DNA of 45,189 nucleotides from Chrysochromulina tobinii (Eukaryota), in contig JWZX01002732.1 in the NCBI GenBank assembly GCA_001275005.1, positions 1 through 45,189 on the forward strand, given 5' to 3'. Shown here in pieces: positions 1-9,703 of this stretch (the first letter of the stretch is position 1; each line of letters starts with the position of its first letter). Under the pieces are notes generated by a model. That model was not told the origin of the DNA and did not search any database. It worked only from the letters and a program-made list of their open reading frames with translations. The position numbers were made by a program, and so were the translations under genes.

Positions 1-278
1 GCGTATACGTACCCCCTCGCGTATACACAGGTTTCTGCGTATACGCACCCCCGACCGCGTAAACGCAGGAAACGACAAACCGTAATGTAAGCGGTATACG
101 GTTGTCATACATTGAAGCTCATACGGAAAACATACTTCTAACATACTTCACCATTCATTGTATATGCTTTACCTCGAATGCAATCGTACACTGTCTGGGA
201 TCGGGATCGGTGGACGGTGCCGATCGCGCCGCTGGCACGCGTAGCTACACTCACGCACGCGCGGCCGTCGCCGCACGC

Positions 279-1124
279 TCACGGGCCGCGCAATAACGCC
301 TTCGACAGTTCATCCCATCCCTCGAATGTGCGCGTGCGCACGGAGTTTTGATCGCAGAGGGAAGCGAGCGCTGATGGCCGCGGCGCTAACACGCAATCCA
401 CGCCACCTGCAAGCACGGGAGCAAAGTCGCATGCAGTGCGCCCAACGAGCACAACCGCGCCCTGTTCATGGTTGCGAAGCGCGCGGCGAAGACTCTCAGC
501 CTTATCGTGGCCCGTCCGAGAATCGTCACGGAGCGAGACGTGCCACTCGCCAGCTTCGTCGACATAGCCGTCGTGCGCGAGCACCTCTATGTGACCGATG
601 CCCTGATCTCGAAGCATCGCTCGGATGAGCGGCTTAAGCCCACGAGAGAGGACGCACACGCGCATCCGACGAATCGAGCACTGCTCGACGAAGTCGATGA
701 ATGCAGGCTCAATCCGCACTCCAGCCGCGTCGAGCTTGGCCAGCGTCTCGCCAAGCGTCATCTTAAGTCCCTGCCAGGCTGCCTGCTGCGCGTCACGGCC
801 TTCTTGGACATTGCTTCCGAGCAACGTCACCTCTATGCTGCCAGCGCAGCACAGCCCATCGAACTCGCAGAAGACCGTCACTGGACCACTCGGGATCACG
901 TCCAGCTCGGTGCGGATAACCACCTTCTCCTTCTCCCGCATGAGCTCCTTCCAGGTTGCGGCCACGCGCGCATCCACCCTGTCGTCTGCGTTTGACTGCG
1001 CCTTGGTGCTAAGGCGACTGACGCTCTCTTGGAGCAGGGCGAGCTGCGATTCGATCGAGACAAACATGGCTTCGTCTGTTCCGCCGCGCGGTGGCGGGGT
1101 CGGAACGTACATGTCGAGATTCAT
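279..1124 (-). CDS. HAD-superfamily phosphatase-like protein (MtnX/PHOSPHO-type), catalytic motifs degenerate
   Basis: 281-aa ORF with HAD-like motif order: VFCEFDG (motif I, normally DxDG), VLSRG (II), GHDK (III), VVLVGRTACD (IV, normally GDGxxD). The N-terminus is helical or coiled-coil-like. Confidence 0.65.
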   Translation of the reverse strand: MNLDMYVPTPPPRGGTDEAMFVSIESQLALLQESVSRLSTKAQSNADDRVDARVAATWKELMREKEKVVIRTELDVIPSGPVTVFCEFDGLCCAGSIEVTLLGSNVQEGRDAQQAAWQGLKMTLGETLAKLDAAGVRIEPAFIDFVEQCSIRRMRVCVLSRGLKPLIRAMLRDQGIGHIEVLAHDGYVDEAGEWHVSLRDDSRTGHDKAESLRRALRNHEQGAVVLVGRTACDFAPVLAGGVDCVLAPRPSALASLCDQNSVRTRTFEGWDELSKALLRGP

Positions 1125-1162
1125 CTTATGGCCGCCCTCTCGGAACCTCGATGGTGGTTAGT

Positions 1163-1201
1163 CGGCGCGCGCGCGCGCGCGGCGCGCGCGGCGCGGCGCG
1201 G
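1163..1201. repeat. (CG)n-rich tract in divergent promoter
   Basis: A run of about 39 bp containing only C and G, including about 8 consecutive CG/GC dinucleotides, between the divergent ATGs at 1124 (-) and 1333 (+). Confidence 0.85.
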
Positions 1202-1332
1202 CTACAGTTGGTCAGGAGGAGCAGCGCCGTTCACAGTGTCGCGAAACTGATCAGTGTGAAACGGACCAAATTAAAGCTTTTACGCCATTATAGGATGAGG
1301 ACATCCATCTCGCCAACCTTAACGCGCGACTC

Positions 1333-2631
1333 ATGTCTTGGCATACGATGCGAGGACGCCTAGCGCCCATAGCCGCTGGCATGCGGCGGCGGGGCCCGGC
1401 TCCGCCTCCGCGTAGTGTCGCCGCTTTGCATTTGGACATAGCCCGGTTCGCTGAGCAGCTCTGCGAGACAGAGGATGAACTAGCACAGCGCACAGAGGCT
1501 GTGGCGCGTGCCAGCATGGTTGTCCAAACCGTCTGGCCCGGCGCTCGCGTGCACCTTTTCGGTTCGGCCGTCTCAGGCATGCGCCTGCCGTATGGCGACG
1601 TTGACATCATGATCGAAGCTCCGGGAGCCAACGGGCAGCTGCTCTTGCCAAAGCTGGCGCGTGCCCTGCGAGACGCGGCCGTGCCGTCAACCATCCTCAC
1701 GATCTTAGACAGGCGCGTTCCTATAATAAAATGGACTGACAAGACGACCGGCATGAAAATCGATGGGTGCGTCAATAACGCGGGTGGCTTGCACACGAGC
1801 ACGCTGCTGCGGCACTCTGTCGCATCGCTGGACAAGCTGAGGCCGCTCACACTGGTGCTAAAGTCACAGCTGCTCATGCACGGCTTGCACAACGCGTTCA
1901 CCGGCGGTGTTGGTGGCTACCTGCTCGCCAATATGGTGCGCCACCTCTTGCTGCTTTCGCCGCCACCACTCGAGCACAGCCGAGCGACGCGCCCGGCCAG
2001 GGAGTCAGGCGCTTTCGAGGCGCCATTGGTCGACGAGGTGCCGCAAGTTGGCAATGCTGCTGCTGCACGCGCTGATGGTGCACATGAGGTCGACGCGGCC
2101 GGAGAGGACCTCGGCGGCGCCCTGCTACGGTTCTATTGGTACTACGGATACCAGCTCGACTTGAAGTCGTCCATCGTAATGAGTGAGGGCCCCGAGACTT
2201 GGCTCGCTACGGGGCCTGGCTGGCAGGGGTGGCTCGAGCACAGTCCAGGCATGCTCTCGATCAACGACCCATTGAAGCCCGAGAGCGACCTGGGCGCAAA
2301 GGCCTTCCGATACAACATCGTGCGCCAGCTCCTTCGCGCGAGCTACGTGAAGCTCTCGGCGCAGGTGGCAGAGCACACGCAACAGCAGCAGGAGCTGCAG
2401 CAGGAGCTGCAGCACGAGAGCAGCGGCGACTTTAGCGGCAACGCTGGTCGAGGCAGCAGCTTGCTGAGTCTCGTGCTGCCGAAGTGGAATGCCATGGGGT
2501 CGCAGCACGCGAGGCGACATCAAAAGGAGCTGGCGCAGATGAACAGGCGCAGGCGCATCGAGGAGAAGCGCATGATTACAGCGTCGCGAGCCATTGTGAG
2601 CGGTTCACGCGTGGACCCGCTGTGGTATTGA
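1333..2631 (+). CDS. Non-canonical poly(A) polymerase / terminal nucleotidyltransferase, Trf4/TENT4 (PAPD5/7) family
   Basis: Pol-beta NTase signature VHLFGSAVSGMRLPYGDVDIMI, then RVPIIKW...KIDGCVNN, LRPLTLVLK..L...GLHNAFTGGVGGY, and a PAP-associated region (LGGALLRFYWYYG...LSINDPLKPESDLG). The start may be 1333, 1348 or 1381. Confidence 0.88.
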   Translation: MSWHTMRGRLAPIAAGMRRRGPAPPPRSVAALHLDIARFAEQLCETEDELAQRTEAVARASMVVQTVWPGARVHLFGSAVSGMRLPYGDVDIMIEAPGANGQLLLPKLARALRDAAVPSTILTILDRRVPIIKWTDKTTGMKIDGCVNNAGGLHTSTLLRHSVASLDKLRPLTLVLKSQLLMHGLHNAFTGGVGGYLLANMVRHLLLLSPPPLEHSRATRPARESGAFEAPLVDEVPQVGNAAAARADGAHEVDAAGEDLGGALLRFYWYYGYQLDLKSSIVMSEGPETWLATGPGWQGWLEHSPGMLSINDPLKPESDLGAKAFRYNIVRQLLRASYVKLSAQVAEHTQQQQELQQELQHESSGDFSGNAGRGSSLLSLVLPKWNAMGSQHARRHQKELAQMNRRRRIEEKRMITASRAIVSGSRVDPLWY

Positions 2632-2959
2632 GAGCACGCTCATATTCCGTACCGTACGGCTGCGCGCAACTGGCAGAGTCGTTCACTGTACAAAGTGTTT
2701 TACAGCCGCTGCAACCCCGGACCCGCTTGAAGGGTGGCGCGCTTAGGTGCGGCCGGGCTGGCGCGGCCTATCTACCGCGCCGAGTACTTGACTGTCTTCC
2801 ATGCCCATGCATTTAATATTGCCCTACTCGTAGCGGTTGTCCCCGCGCTACCGGGTACCGCAAGAGCGGCTTCGACGAAAAGTGTGGGAAGCCTTCGACG
2901 ACAAATCGGGGCTGTCTGTCAACTCGCTATAATAACACTCGCAATGTCAGTCGTGACAA

Positions 2960-2978
2960 TTTTTTTTTTTTTTTTTTT
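2960..2978 (+). repeat. poly(T) homopolymer (19 nt)
   Basis: Directly visible T run. Confidence 0.9.
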
Positions 2979-3016
2979 CCAACCACGCTTACCGGTAACG
3001 ATAATGACACACACAA

Positions 3017-3850
3017 TCATAACCATAAAATCATTAAACGCGAACGACGCAATCGATGCGTTGCTCGCGCTCTGTAGATTCGCACGCATTCGCCAGCGCG
3101 ACGCTTGCGCCCGTAGCGCGCGTCGGTGACCGGCTCATCCGACGTCCCGGCCTTGTCATACGACGTCTTCGTCGGCGTCGCGGGCAGCCACGATGGTCGT
3201 CGCTCCAGTGCAGACTGCGATCGTGCAGACTGCGATCGTGCTTCCCTAACATCCAGAGGGCGCGCACATGACACGCCGGGATCCCGCGCATGGCATGCGC
3301 GACTCTGCACTAAGCGTTCGCTGCGCAGTGAGCTACGTTGCGCGTTTTGCGCGGATGCCGCGCAGGAATCGCCTCGCATGCGCCCTTGTTCTTGACTGTA
3401 GCGAGTCGCACGAGCCGATAATGATGAGGTTGAATCTGTGCACAGGCGCGCCCGATGGCGCGCCCCCATCAGGGAACGCAAAGAGTCGCACGACACGTCA
3501 TCGCATGACGAAGACGGTGTCATGCGACAGGAACTGTTCTGTGCGGCGAGTGTTCGGCACCATGTTGTTGTGTCTCATACCCATGCTTGAAGATGATCTG
3601 CGAGGAAGACAGGCGACGCAGGAGCAGCGCGGTGAGAGAGGGTGCACAGCGAGCAGCAGGCAGAATCTACGCTCTCTGCGCAGTCAGCAGATGAGACTGA
3701 CTTCAGTTCCTGTTGGCCCTCCTTTCTGCGTGCGCGGGTCGCGCTCCTCGTCTTTGCTGCGCCAGAGTGTTCTGGGTGCATCGGCAAGCTGCTGCGAATC
3801 TTGAAGCGCTCGCCGAGCCTCCCGCCATGGGCGCGGCAGCAAGGCAACAT
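3017..3850 (-). CDS. Possible small two-exon hypothetical protein
   Basis: ORFs 3575-3850 and 3017-3523 share a frame and can be joined by a 42-nt GTATGA...CGCACAG intron that contains the stop. The locus is divergent from the Wss1 gene like other pairs here. No recognisable domain. Confidence 0.25.
3208..3241. repeat. 15-bp tandem repeat (GTGCAGACTGCGATC) x2.3
   Basis: Directly visible. Confidence 0.8.
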
Positions 3851-4005
3851 GGTCTCGCGACCGACATCTGGAACGATCTGAGATTCGCGTTCGATTGACT
3901 TTCATTTCAGTAAGTTTTCGGTCAGTTGCTTCGTGCGGAACTATTTACGAACGGGCCATGTTTCCCGAGATCATGGTTCAAATTAATTTTGACGCACTGC
4001 CCTGA

Positions 4006-4013
4006 GCGGGAAA
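4006..4013 (-). promoter_or_regulatory. E2F-like site TTTCCCGC upstream of Wss1-like gene
   Basis: GCGGGAAA on + matches the TTTSSCGC consensus on -, about 50 bp before ATG 4061. Confidence 0.35.
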
Positions 4014-4060
4014 AAAAACTTTTCTTGAGCTTCGTTTTCGGAACTCGCAATGCTCATCAC

Positions 4061-5772
4061 ATGGCGGCCGCTTGCGGCGTGCATAAGCTTGATCACATTT
4101 CAAGGTTGCCCGACGCGGACAAGGCAAAACAGCAGCTCGAGGAGCTGAAACGGCACATAGATCCGATCCTGCGCGCGCGCGGCTTGCGGGTGCTAAAGTG
4201 CTACGAAATCTGCTGCTGCACGTCTGGCGGCAAGAACCTCAGCATCGGCGGCTTCTGCTCGCCCGCGGGCGATAAGCGCACCTCTCTACGCATCGCGCTG
4301 CGGCTGCGCCAGCCGCATACGCACGTGCTCAACGACTTTGACCATTCGATGCGGATCCTCATTCACGAAGTCTCACACATCATACACAGCAACCACTCAG
4401 CAAGCTTCTACGGTGAGTATCAGCGCCGTGCTGCTTCGTTGCGAAGCCATGTCGCATATTTCCTGTTCTCACACGCGGCCCTTTCGTGTTGTTCCTCTGA
4501 CCCGCTCCAGATCTGATGGCTGAACTTATGGAGCAGTACGAAAAGTACAAGAAGACCGGACTTGTGCTCGATGAGAAGAACATGCCCATCGTTGGTGGCC
4601 GCAAGGCGGACGCTGAGCGGCACAACCCAACGTCACTGCGCGAGGCGCGTGCGAAGACCGTAGCTGCGGCGGAGGCGCGCGCCCGCGCCGCCTCGCTCAT
4701 GGGCGCTGGTCGGCTCGGCGGCGGTGGGCCAGCTGGTGAAGGCGAGGCTCTCGGTGGCGGCAGCGGCCGCTCGTGGCGCGACGCGACGCCGGCCGCGATG
4801 GCTTCCTGGGCGGCGGATGCGCGCCAGCGCAAATGGGATCAGGCGAACGGACTCGATCGTGCGGAGCTCGAGGCGATGGCCGACAGCGCCCAGCGCAGTG
4901 GCGACGACGACGATGACGACGAGGTCGAGATCGTTGACGAGATCGTTGGCACGTCGCGTGGCCGCAGTCAGGATCAGCCAACCGCCACGGCTCCAGTTGC
5001 ATTGGTGCGAAGTAACTCGGCCAGAGACGCTGCCGCGGGAAGCAACTCGACCAGCGGCGCTGCCGCGGGAAGCAACTCGACCAGTGGCCTCATCCGGTGG
5101 GGGGTGCACGGGCAGGGGACTTGGGTACAAGTGCCATGCCCCGTGTGTGGACCAACTTGCAGCCCCGAGCTCCACAGAACAAACGATCCACCGCCGCAGG
5201 ACATCGACGAGGGCGCCGCCTCCATGCCTACCGCGGCGCCCTCTACAGCGACCGTCTCTGCAGCAGGCGCTGCTGCTAAAGGCACCACTGCCACCACCAC
5301 TAATAGTGCCAGCACCGGCGGCAGCAGCGTTGTCGACCTCACGCTGAGCTCTGACGACGATGGTATGGCGCCTCCGCCGCCGCGTTCGAATTCTTCGGCC
5401 ATGGCGGCAGCGGCAGCGTCAGCAGCAGGAGACCGAGCTGCCAAGCGCCCACGTCGCGAGGCGAGCCTCACACAGCCGGACGGCACCCAGAAGGGTCACC
5501 TCCGACAGCCAGGAGCGACAGCTCCTGTGGCGCCCATGAGCGCACGCCAAGCAGACGTGCCTTGGCAATGCACTCGCTGCACGTTGGTCAACGACAGTGC
5601 TAGCGCCATGTGTGAGATGGGCTGTGGTCAAGAGGCGCCGGGCTCCTGGGCGTGCCTCAAGTGCTCGATGCGCAATGTGAAGGTATCCTCTGGATGTGCG
5701 GCGTGTGGCACCTGGCGCTATTCGCGCGAGCTTCTGGGCGGCACTCGCTCTCAGGAGGTGGGCCATTCGTGA
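4061..5772 (+). CDS. WSS1: Wss1/WLM-domain DNA-dependent metalloprotease with VIM/SHP/SIM-like motifs and two RanBP2-type zinc fingers; exons 4061-4412, 4511-5772
   Basis: WLM motifs: PILRARGLRV, IALRLR, LIHEVSHIIHSNHSASFY (HExxH plus third His). Intron GTGAGT(4413)...CTCCAG(4510) restores SFY-DLMAEL. Also RAKTVAAAEAR (VIM consensus Rx5AAx2R), GEGEALGG (SHP-like), VVDLTLSSDDD (SIM-like), and the zinc fingers WQCTRCTLVN...CEMGC and WACLKCSMRN...CAAC. Confidence 0.88.
5011..5088 (+). repeat. 30-bp coding tandem repeat x2.6 (SNSTSGAAAG) in Wss1 linker
   Basis: AGCAACTCGACCAGCGGCGCTGCCGCGGGA unit, repeated with a few substitutions. Confidence 0.85.
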
Positions 5773-6043
5773 GGTTGTCTGGAATATATTAGATATTCTC
5801 GACCTCTTGTCCGTCGAGCGTTAAGCGAGCGTTGTAACGCCCCCGCCTCACGTCACCGCCTTGACGTAATTTTAGCGTGCTAGGTTGTCTTAATAGGCCC
5901 GGCGGGGAGCGGGGCTCTGTCCGCCCCCGCCCGCACACGACACGCCATCGCAAAGCGCGTTACATATTGCACAAACTTTTAACGGGTAACACCGCGGCGG
6001 TTGCACACCGCCGCCGCCCGCCGCCGCCCTAAGTCTCTCAACA

Positions 6044-6694
6044 TCACTCATGATGATCTCGCGCCTCCGTTCGCCTCTCCACGTGCCCCGCGCCTGGCCT
6101 CTCCGCCTCTTTGCCTCTTCGCCTCTTCCCCCTCGGCACTGGGCTGGGCTCGTGCTCACTGAACGAGGATGATTCGTACAACATCGCCAGTACCTCAGCC
6201 TTGGCCAGCTCGCTCACGCGAGCGCGAGCGCGGGCAGCTTCGTCCCGCTTCTCATCGGCGATGGCCTTGGCGGCGATTCGTGCCGCAAGCGCGCTAGCCG
6301 AGCTGCGCGATGTGTCGCCGGCAATGCTTCCCGTTTGGGACAGTGGAGGTAACAATGGTGGAAGAGAAGCACCACGAGGCGGCGAGGCCGGGATGAGATC
6401 TCTGACAGACGGTGGTGGCTGGCTGACTCGCTGCTTTTTCTGCTGCCGCTTTGCTTCCGCATCGCCAGCAGCGGCGGCGGCGGCAGCAGCGGCGGCGGCG
6501 GCGGCCTCCACCGCCTTTTTCTCGGCTTCGGCTCGCTTTCGCGCGTCGGCCGGCCTGTTGAAGAGGATCGGTCCGGGAACACCAGGCAAGCACACTCGCC
6601 GTGCCACAGGCGATTCAGGCTCCATTGGGATGTCGCTCCGCGCAGCTGCTATCCTCTTTGATCCCTCTTCAACAGCCAAGGAGAGGCTCGCCAA
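6044..6694 (-). CDS. Hypothetical low-complexity protein (Ala/Lys/Arg-rich); start uncertain
   Basis: 216-codon frame with protein-like composition (poly-Ala, KRQQKKQR NLS-like stretch), divergent from HDAC. The first in-frame ATG is only at about 6625, so an upstream exon is possible. Confidence 0.45.
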   Translation of the reverse strand: MASLSLAVEEGSKRIAAARSDIPMEPESPVARRVCLPGVPGPILFNRPADARKRAEAEKKAVEAAAAAAAAAAAAAGDAEAKRQQKKQRVSQPPPSVRDLIPASPPRGASLPPLLPPLSQTGSIAGDTSRSSASALAARIAAKAIADEKRDEAARARARVSELAKAEVLAMLYESSSFSEHEPSPVPRGKRRRGKEAERPGAGHVERRTEARDHHE

Positions 6695-6967
6695 GGCGGA
6701 GGAAGCAAGTCCGCCGAAAGCAGTCCGCGGTACGAATGAGTCATTTCATCATGACCTGTGAACGCAAGAATAGTGTATGGGTTCGTCCTTGGCGACTGCC
6801 CTAGTGTGAGCTGTGAACTCAGTGCTACCGCGCAACATCGAGCGATCGTGGCCAAGACGAGGCCGGGGTTGGAGGAGCCTTGGCCTTGCGGATCGACGAC
6901 TTCATAAGCTTGGCGATCTCGTTGGTGATCGCGCCAGTCTCGACGAGCCTGTCAACGTCGGCCTCTG

Positions 6968-8221
6968 ATGTCGTACAAGAAGAAAGTGTGTTACTTCCAC
7001 GACTACTCCATCGGCGAGTACTACTATGGGCCGGGCCACCCGATGAAGCCGCACCGGCTACAAATCACACACAACCTCGTATTGAGCTACAACCTGTACA
7101 AGAAGATGGAGGTGTTCCGACCGCACCACGCAACGGACGAGGAGATGATGCTCTTTCACTCACCCGAGTACATCGACTTTATGAGGCGCGTCACGCCCGA
7201 TACGCAGCAAGACTTTGCGAAGCAACTGCAACGGTTCAACGGCGAAGATTGCCCTGTCTTTGATGGGCTGTACGACTACTGCCGCGTCTACACGGGCGGC
7301 TCCATCGATGGCGCGATGAAGCTCAACCATGGCATTGCTGATGTGGCAATCAACTGGGCGGGCGGGCTGCACCACGCGAAGCGCTCCGAGGCGTCGGGAT
7401 TTTGCTACGTGAACGACATTGTGCTGGGCATCCTCGAGCTGCTTAAGTACCACCCACGTGTCTTGTATCTCGACATCGACATCCACCACGGCGACGGCGT
7501 CGAGGAGGCCTTCTACACGACGGACCGCGTGATGACTGTCTCTTTCCATAAGTACGGGGACTACTTCTTCCCCGGGACCGGCGATGTCAAGGACGTCGGT
7601 GTGAAGGCAGGCAAGTACTACTCGCTCAACGTTCCGCTCAAGGACGGCATTAACGACGAGAGCTATCAGCGAATCTTTGTGCCCGTCATGCAGAAGGTGA
7701 TGGAGATCTATCAGCCGACTGCGCTCGTGCTGCAGTGCGGCTCCGACTCGCTCTCGGGCGATCGGCTCGGCTGCTTCAACCTCTCCGTGCGAGGCCACGC
7801 CGAGTGCGTGCGGCACATGCTCACTTATTTTCTGCCCACGCTCATCCTCGGAGGGGGCGGCTACACGATCCGCAACGTCGCGCGCTGCTGGACGTATGAG
7901 ACGGCCGTGGTGCTCGGCGAGGAGCTTGAGAACGAGCTGCCCTACAACGACTATATTGCCTATTATGGGCCCGACTTTGCCCTCCACTTTGCCACGTCCG
8001 CGACCATGGAGAACCTAAACACGCGGCAATACCTGGAGACGATTAAGCAGCAAGTGCTCGAAAACCTGCGGCTGCTGCAAGCAGCTCCGGGTGTGCAGAT
8101 GGAGCAGATGCCCGACATGCTCGAGCCGCAGCCGGACGTGAAGGCGGAAGACGCTGCCGATCAGAAGGGCGTGCGGACGGGGCCGGAGCATCCGGCGGAG
8201 CACTACGACGACACAAAGTAG
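6968..8221 (+). CDS. HDAC3: Class I histone deacetylase (RPD3 family, HDAC3/HDA9-like), intronless
   Basis: [81 protein letters not shown]. The [14 protein letters not shown] extra Phe is characteristic of the HDAC3/HDA9 subgroup. Confidence 0.93.
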   Translation: MSYKKKVCYFHDYSIGEYYYGPGHPMKPHRLQITHNLVLSYNLYKKMEVFRPHHATDEEMMLFHSPEYIDFMRRVTPDTQQDFAKQLQRFNGEDCPVFDGLYDYCRVYTGGSIDGAMKLNHGIADVAINWAGGLHHAKRSEASGFCYVNDIVLGILELLKYHPRVLYLDIDIHHGDGVEEAFYTTDRVMTVSFHKYGDYFFPGTGDVKDVGVKAGKYYSLNVPLKDGINDESYQRIFVPVMQKVMEIYQPTALVLQCGSDSLSGDRLGCFNLSVRGHAECVRHMLTYFLPTLILGGGGYTIRNVARCWTYETAVVLGEELENELPYNDYIAYYGPDFALHFATSATMENLNTRQYLETIKQQVLENLRLLQAAPGVQMEQMPDMLEPQPDVKAEDAADQKGVRTGPEHPAEHYDDTK

Positions 8222-8373
8222 CCCCGCGCACCGGCCCGCGCGCACTATCTGACCGACGACAATCGTAACATTGCACATTTGATTCGATAAATAATGTAGC
8301 AGACACGAAAATTTGCGCCGGCCGAATCATTTTTTTGTTATGCCGATTTGGAACCTGTATTCAGCATGTCCCC

Positions 8374-9337
8374 TTACACATGATACCGCTCTGGCTGCGC
8401 CTGCCCTTGGCCTTGCAGCCTTCCCTTTGGCGTGTCGGTTCGGTCGTGAGGGTTCAGGGTCGACAAGTGCGCTGCCAGCGCGCTGTCCTCAAGCTCGGGG
8501 TCCGCAACGTCGTAGTAGTACTTGGGTTCTCCTATGAACCGGTGCGAAGCACACCAACCATTGCAGTCCTGCCAGCAGGGATAGATGTCGGGATGGTGAG
8601 CCAACCACTCGTGGCGGGCCAACGGCGGAATGTCAGTTAACATAGTGCCTGGCCGCAACCCGTGGATATCCAGGTGCCAACCGACTGCTCGCCATGGAGT
8701 GCCATCCCGATCCATGGCCAGAGGATGCTGGGGTGGTGGCACGAGGTCAAAGCGGATGAAATCGTAGACCACCATGTCACCATCATACTCCTTGACCTCC
8801 CGTTGGCGACGTATGATCATGCCGCGAGGTAAAAAGAGGTGCCGATTGAAGCGAGCGACCGCGAGATTCAGCGCATTCTCGCCGGCAAGACGACGTCCCA
8901 TTGCGTATTGGGCCGGTAAGCAGCAGCAGAACGCATGGCAAGGCACCGTCGGGAACGTGCAGGGAAATGACTCGAATGCAAGAAATGGAATGGTGCCCTC
9001 GACGGTTGGCGGCATCCATCGCCTCCCAAAATTCGGCATACTCTTGCTCGGAGATGCGCGCGCGGAACCATTTCAAGGCGGGATATCTCAGGTCGGGAGC
9101 GCTCTTACCCTCGCCGTACGAGATCGGCATGAGATGGATGCTGGGCCGATTTATGTATGGTGGCTTCGGAAATAATTCGCCCTCCTTTAGCCAATTGTGC
9201 TCCAAGCAGCATGGTGCACACTCGCGTCTGCGAACGGGCACGGCGAGGCGCAGAAATGGCGCTCCATCTTCGGGCCTCTCCCCCGTCGTCAACTGTCGCA
9301 CCGGAGAAGATGGTCGCGGCATATCCAAATATTTCAC
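8374..9337 (-). CDS. Golgin-A7/ERF4-like (palmitoyltransferase accessory) domain protein, apparently interrupted by a frameshift near 9000
   Basis: The upstream frame (start 9337) gives YP..WFRARISEQEYAEFWEAMDAAN. The downstream frame (stop 8374) gives a Cys-rich segment (FPCTFPTVPCHAFCCCLP) and LNLAVARFNRHLFLPRGMIIR. Together they match the ERF4-like order. Confidence 0.5.
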
Positions 9338-9366
9338 GCCAACGAATGCACGATTCTCACCTTGCT

Positions 9367-9396
9367 AGTCAAGTCAAGTCAAGTCAAGTCAAGTCA
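9367..9396. repeat. (AGTCA)6 pentanucleotide microsatellite
   Basis: agtcaagtcaagtcaagtcaagtcaagtca, 30 bp upstream of ATG 9337 (-). Confidence 0.95.
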
Positions 9397-9703
9397 GCAT
9401 TTATGACGTGTCACCTCTAGATGGACCCCCTCCGCCATCTCCATCGACTCCCGTCCACCACTGCTGGCTTCCGGAGCACATTCGATAGGCTTCCGTATGG
9501 TTGTCTGTTGTTTATGTATAGACTTGAATTGACACCTTGCTATGCGACGCATGAGGGTTCCCTCACGTTGGGTTCTCTCTTCATGTGGATCTGCTCAGTA
9601 CGCAATCTGAACTTGTCGTGTACGTCGGCTGGTCTACCGCGCGTGCACGAGTTCGTGCACGTGCAGGGACGCGGCCAAGAACAAGTCGCATTTAAACGGA
9701 CCG

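Noticed and set aside
5011..5088. 30-bp repeats considered as a CRISPR-like array
   Set aside because: Tandem without spacers, in frame within a coding exon, eukaryotic context, and no cas genes.
7160..7987. 275-aa ORF antisense to HDAC
   Set aside because: Shadow ORF; the plus-strand HDAC is unambiguous.
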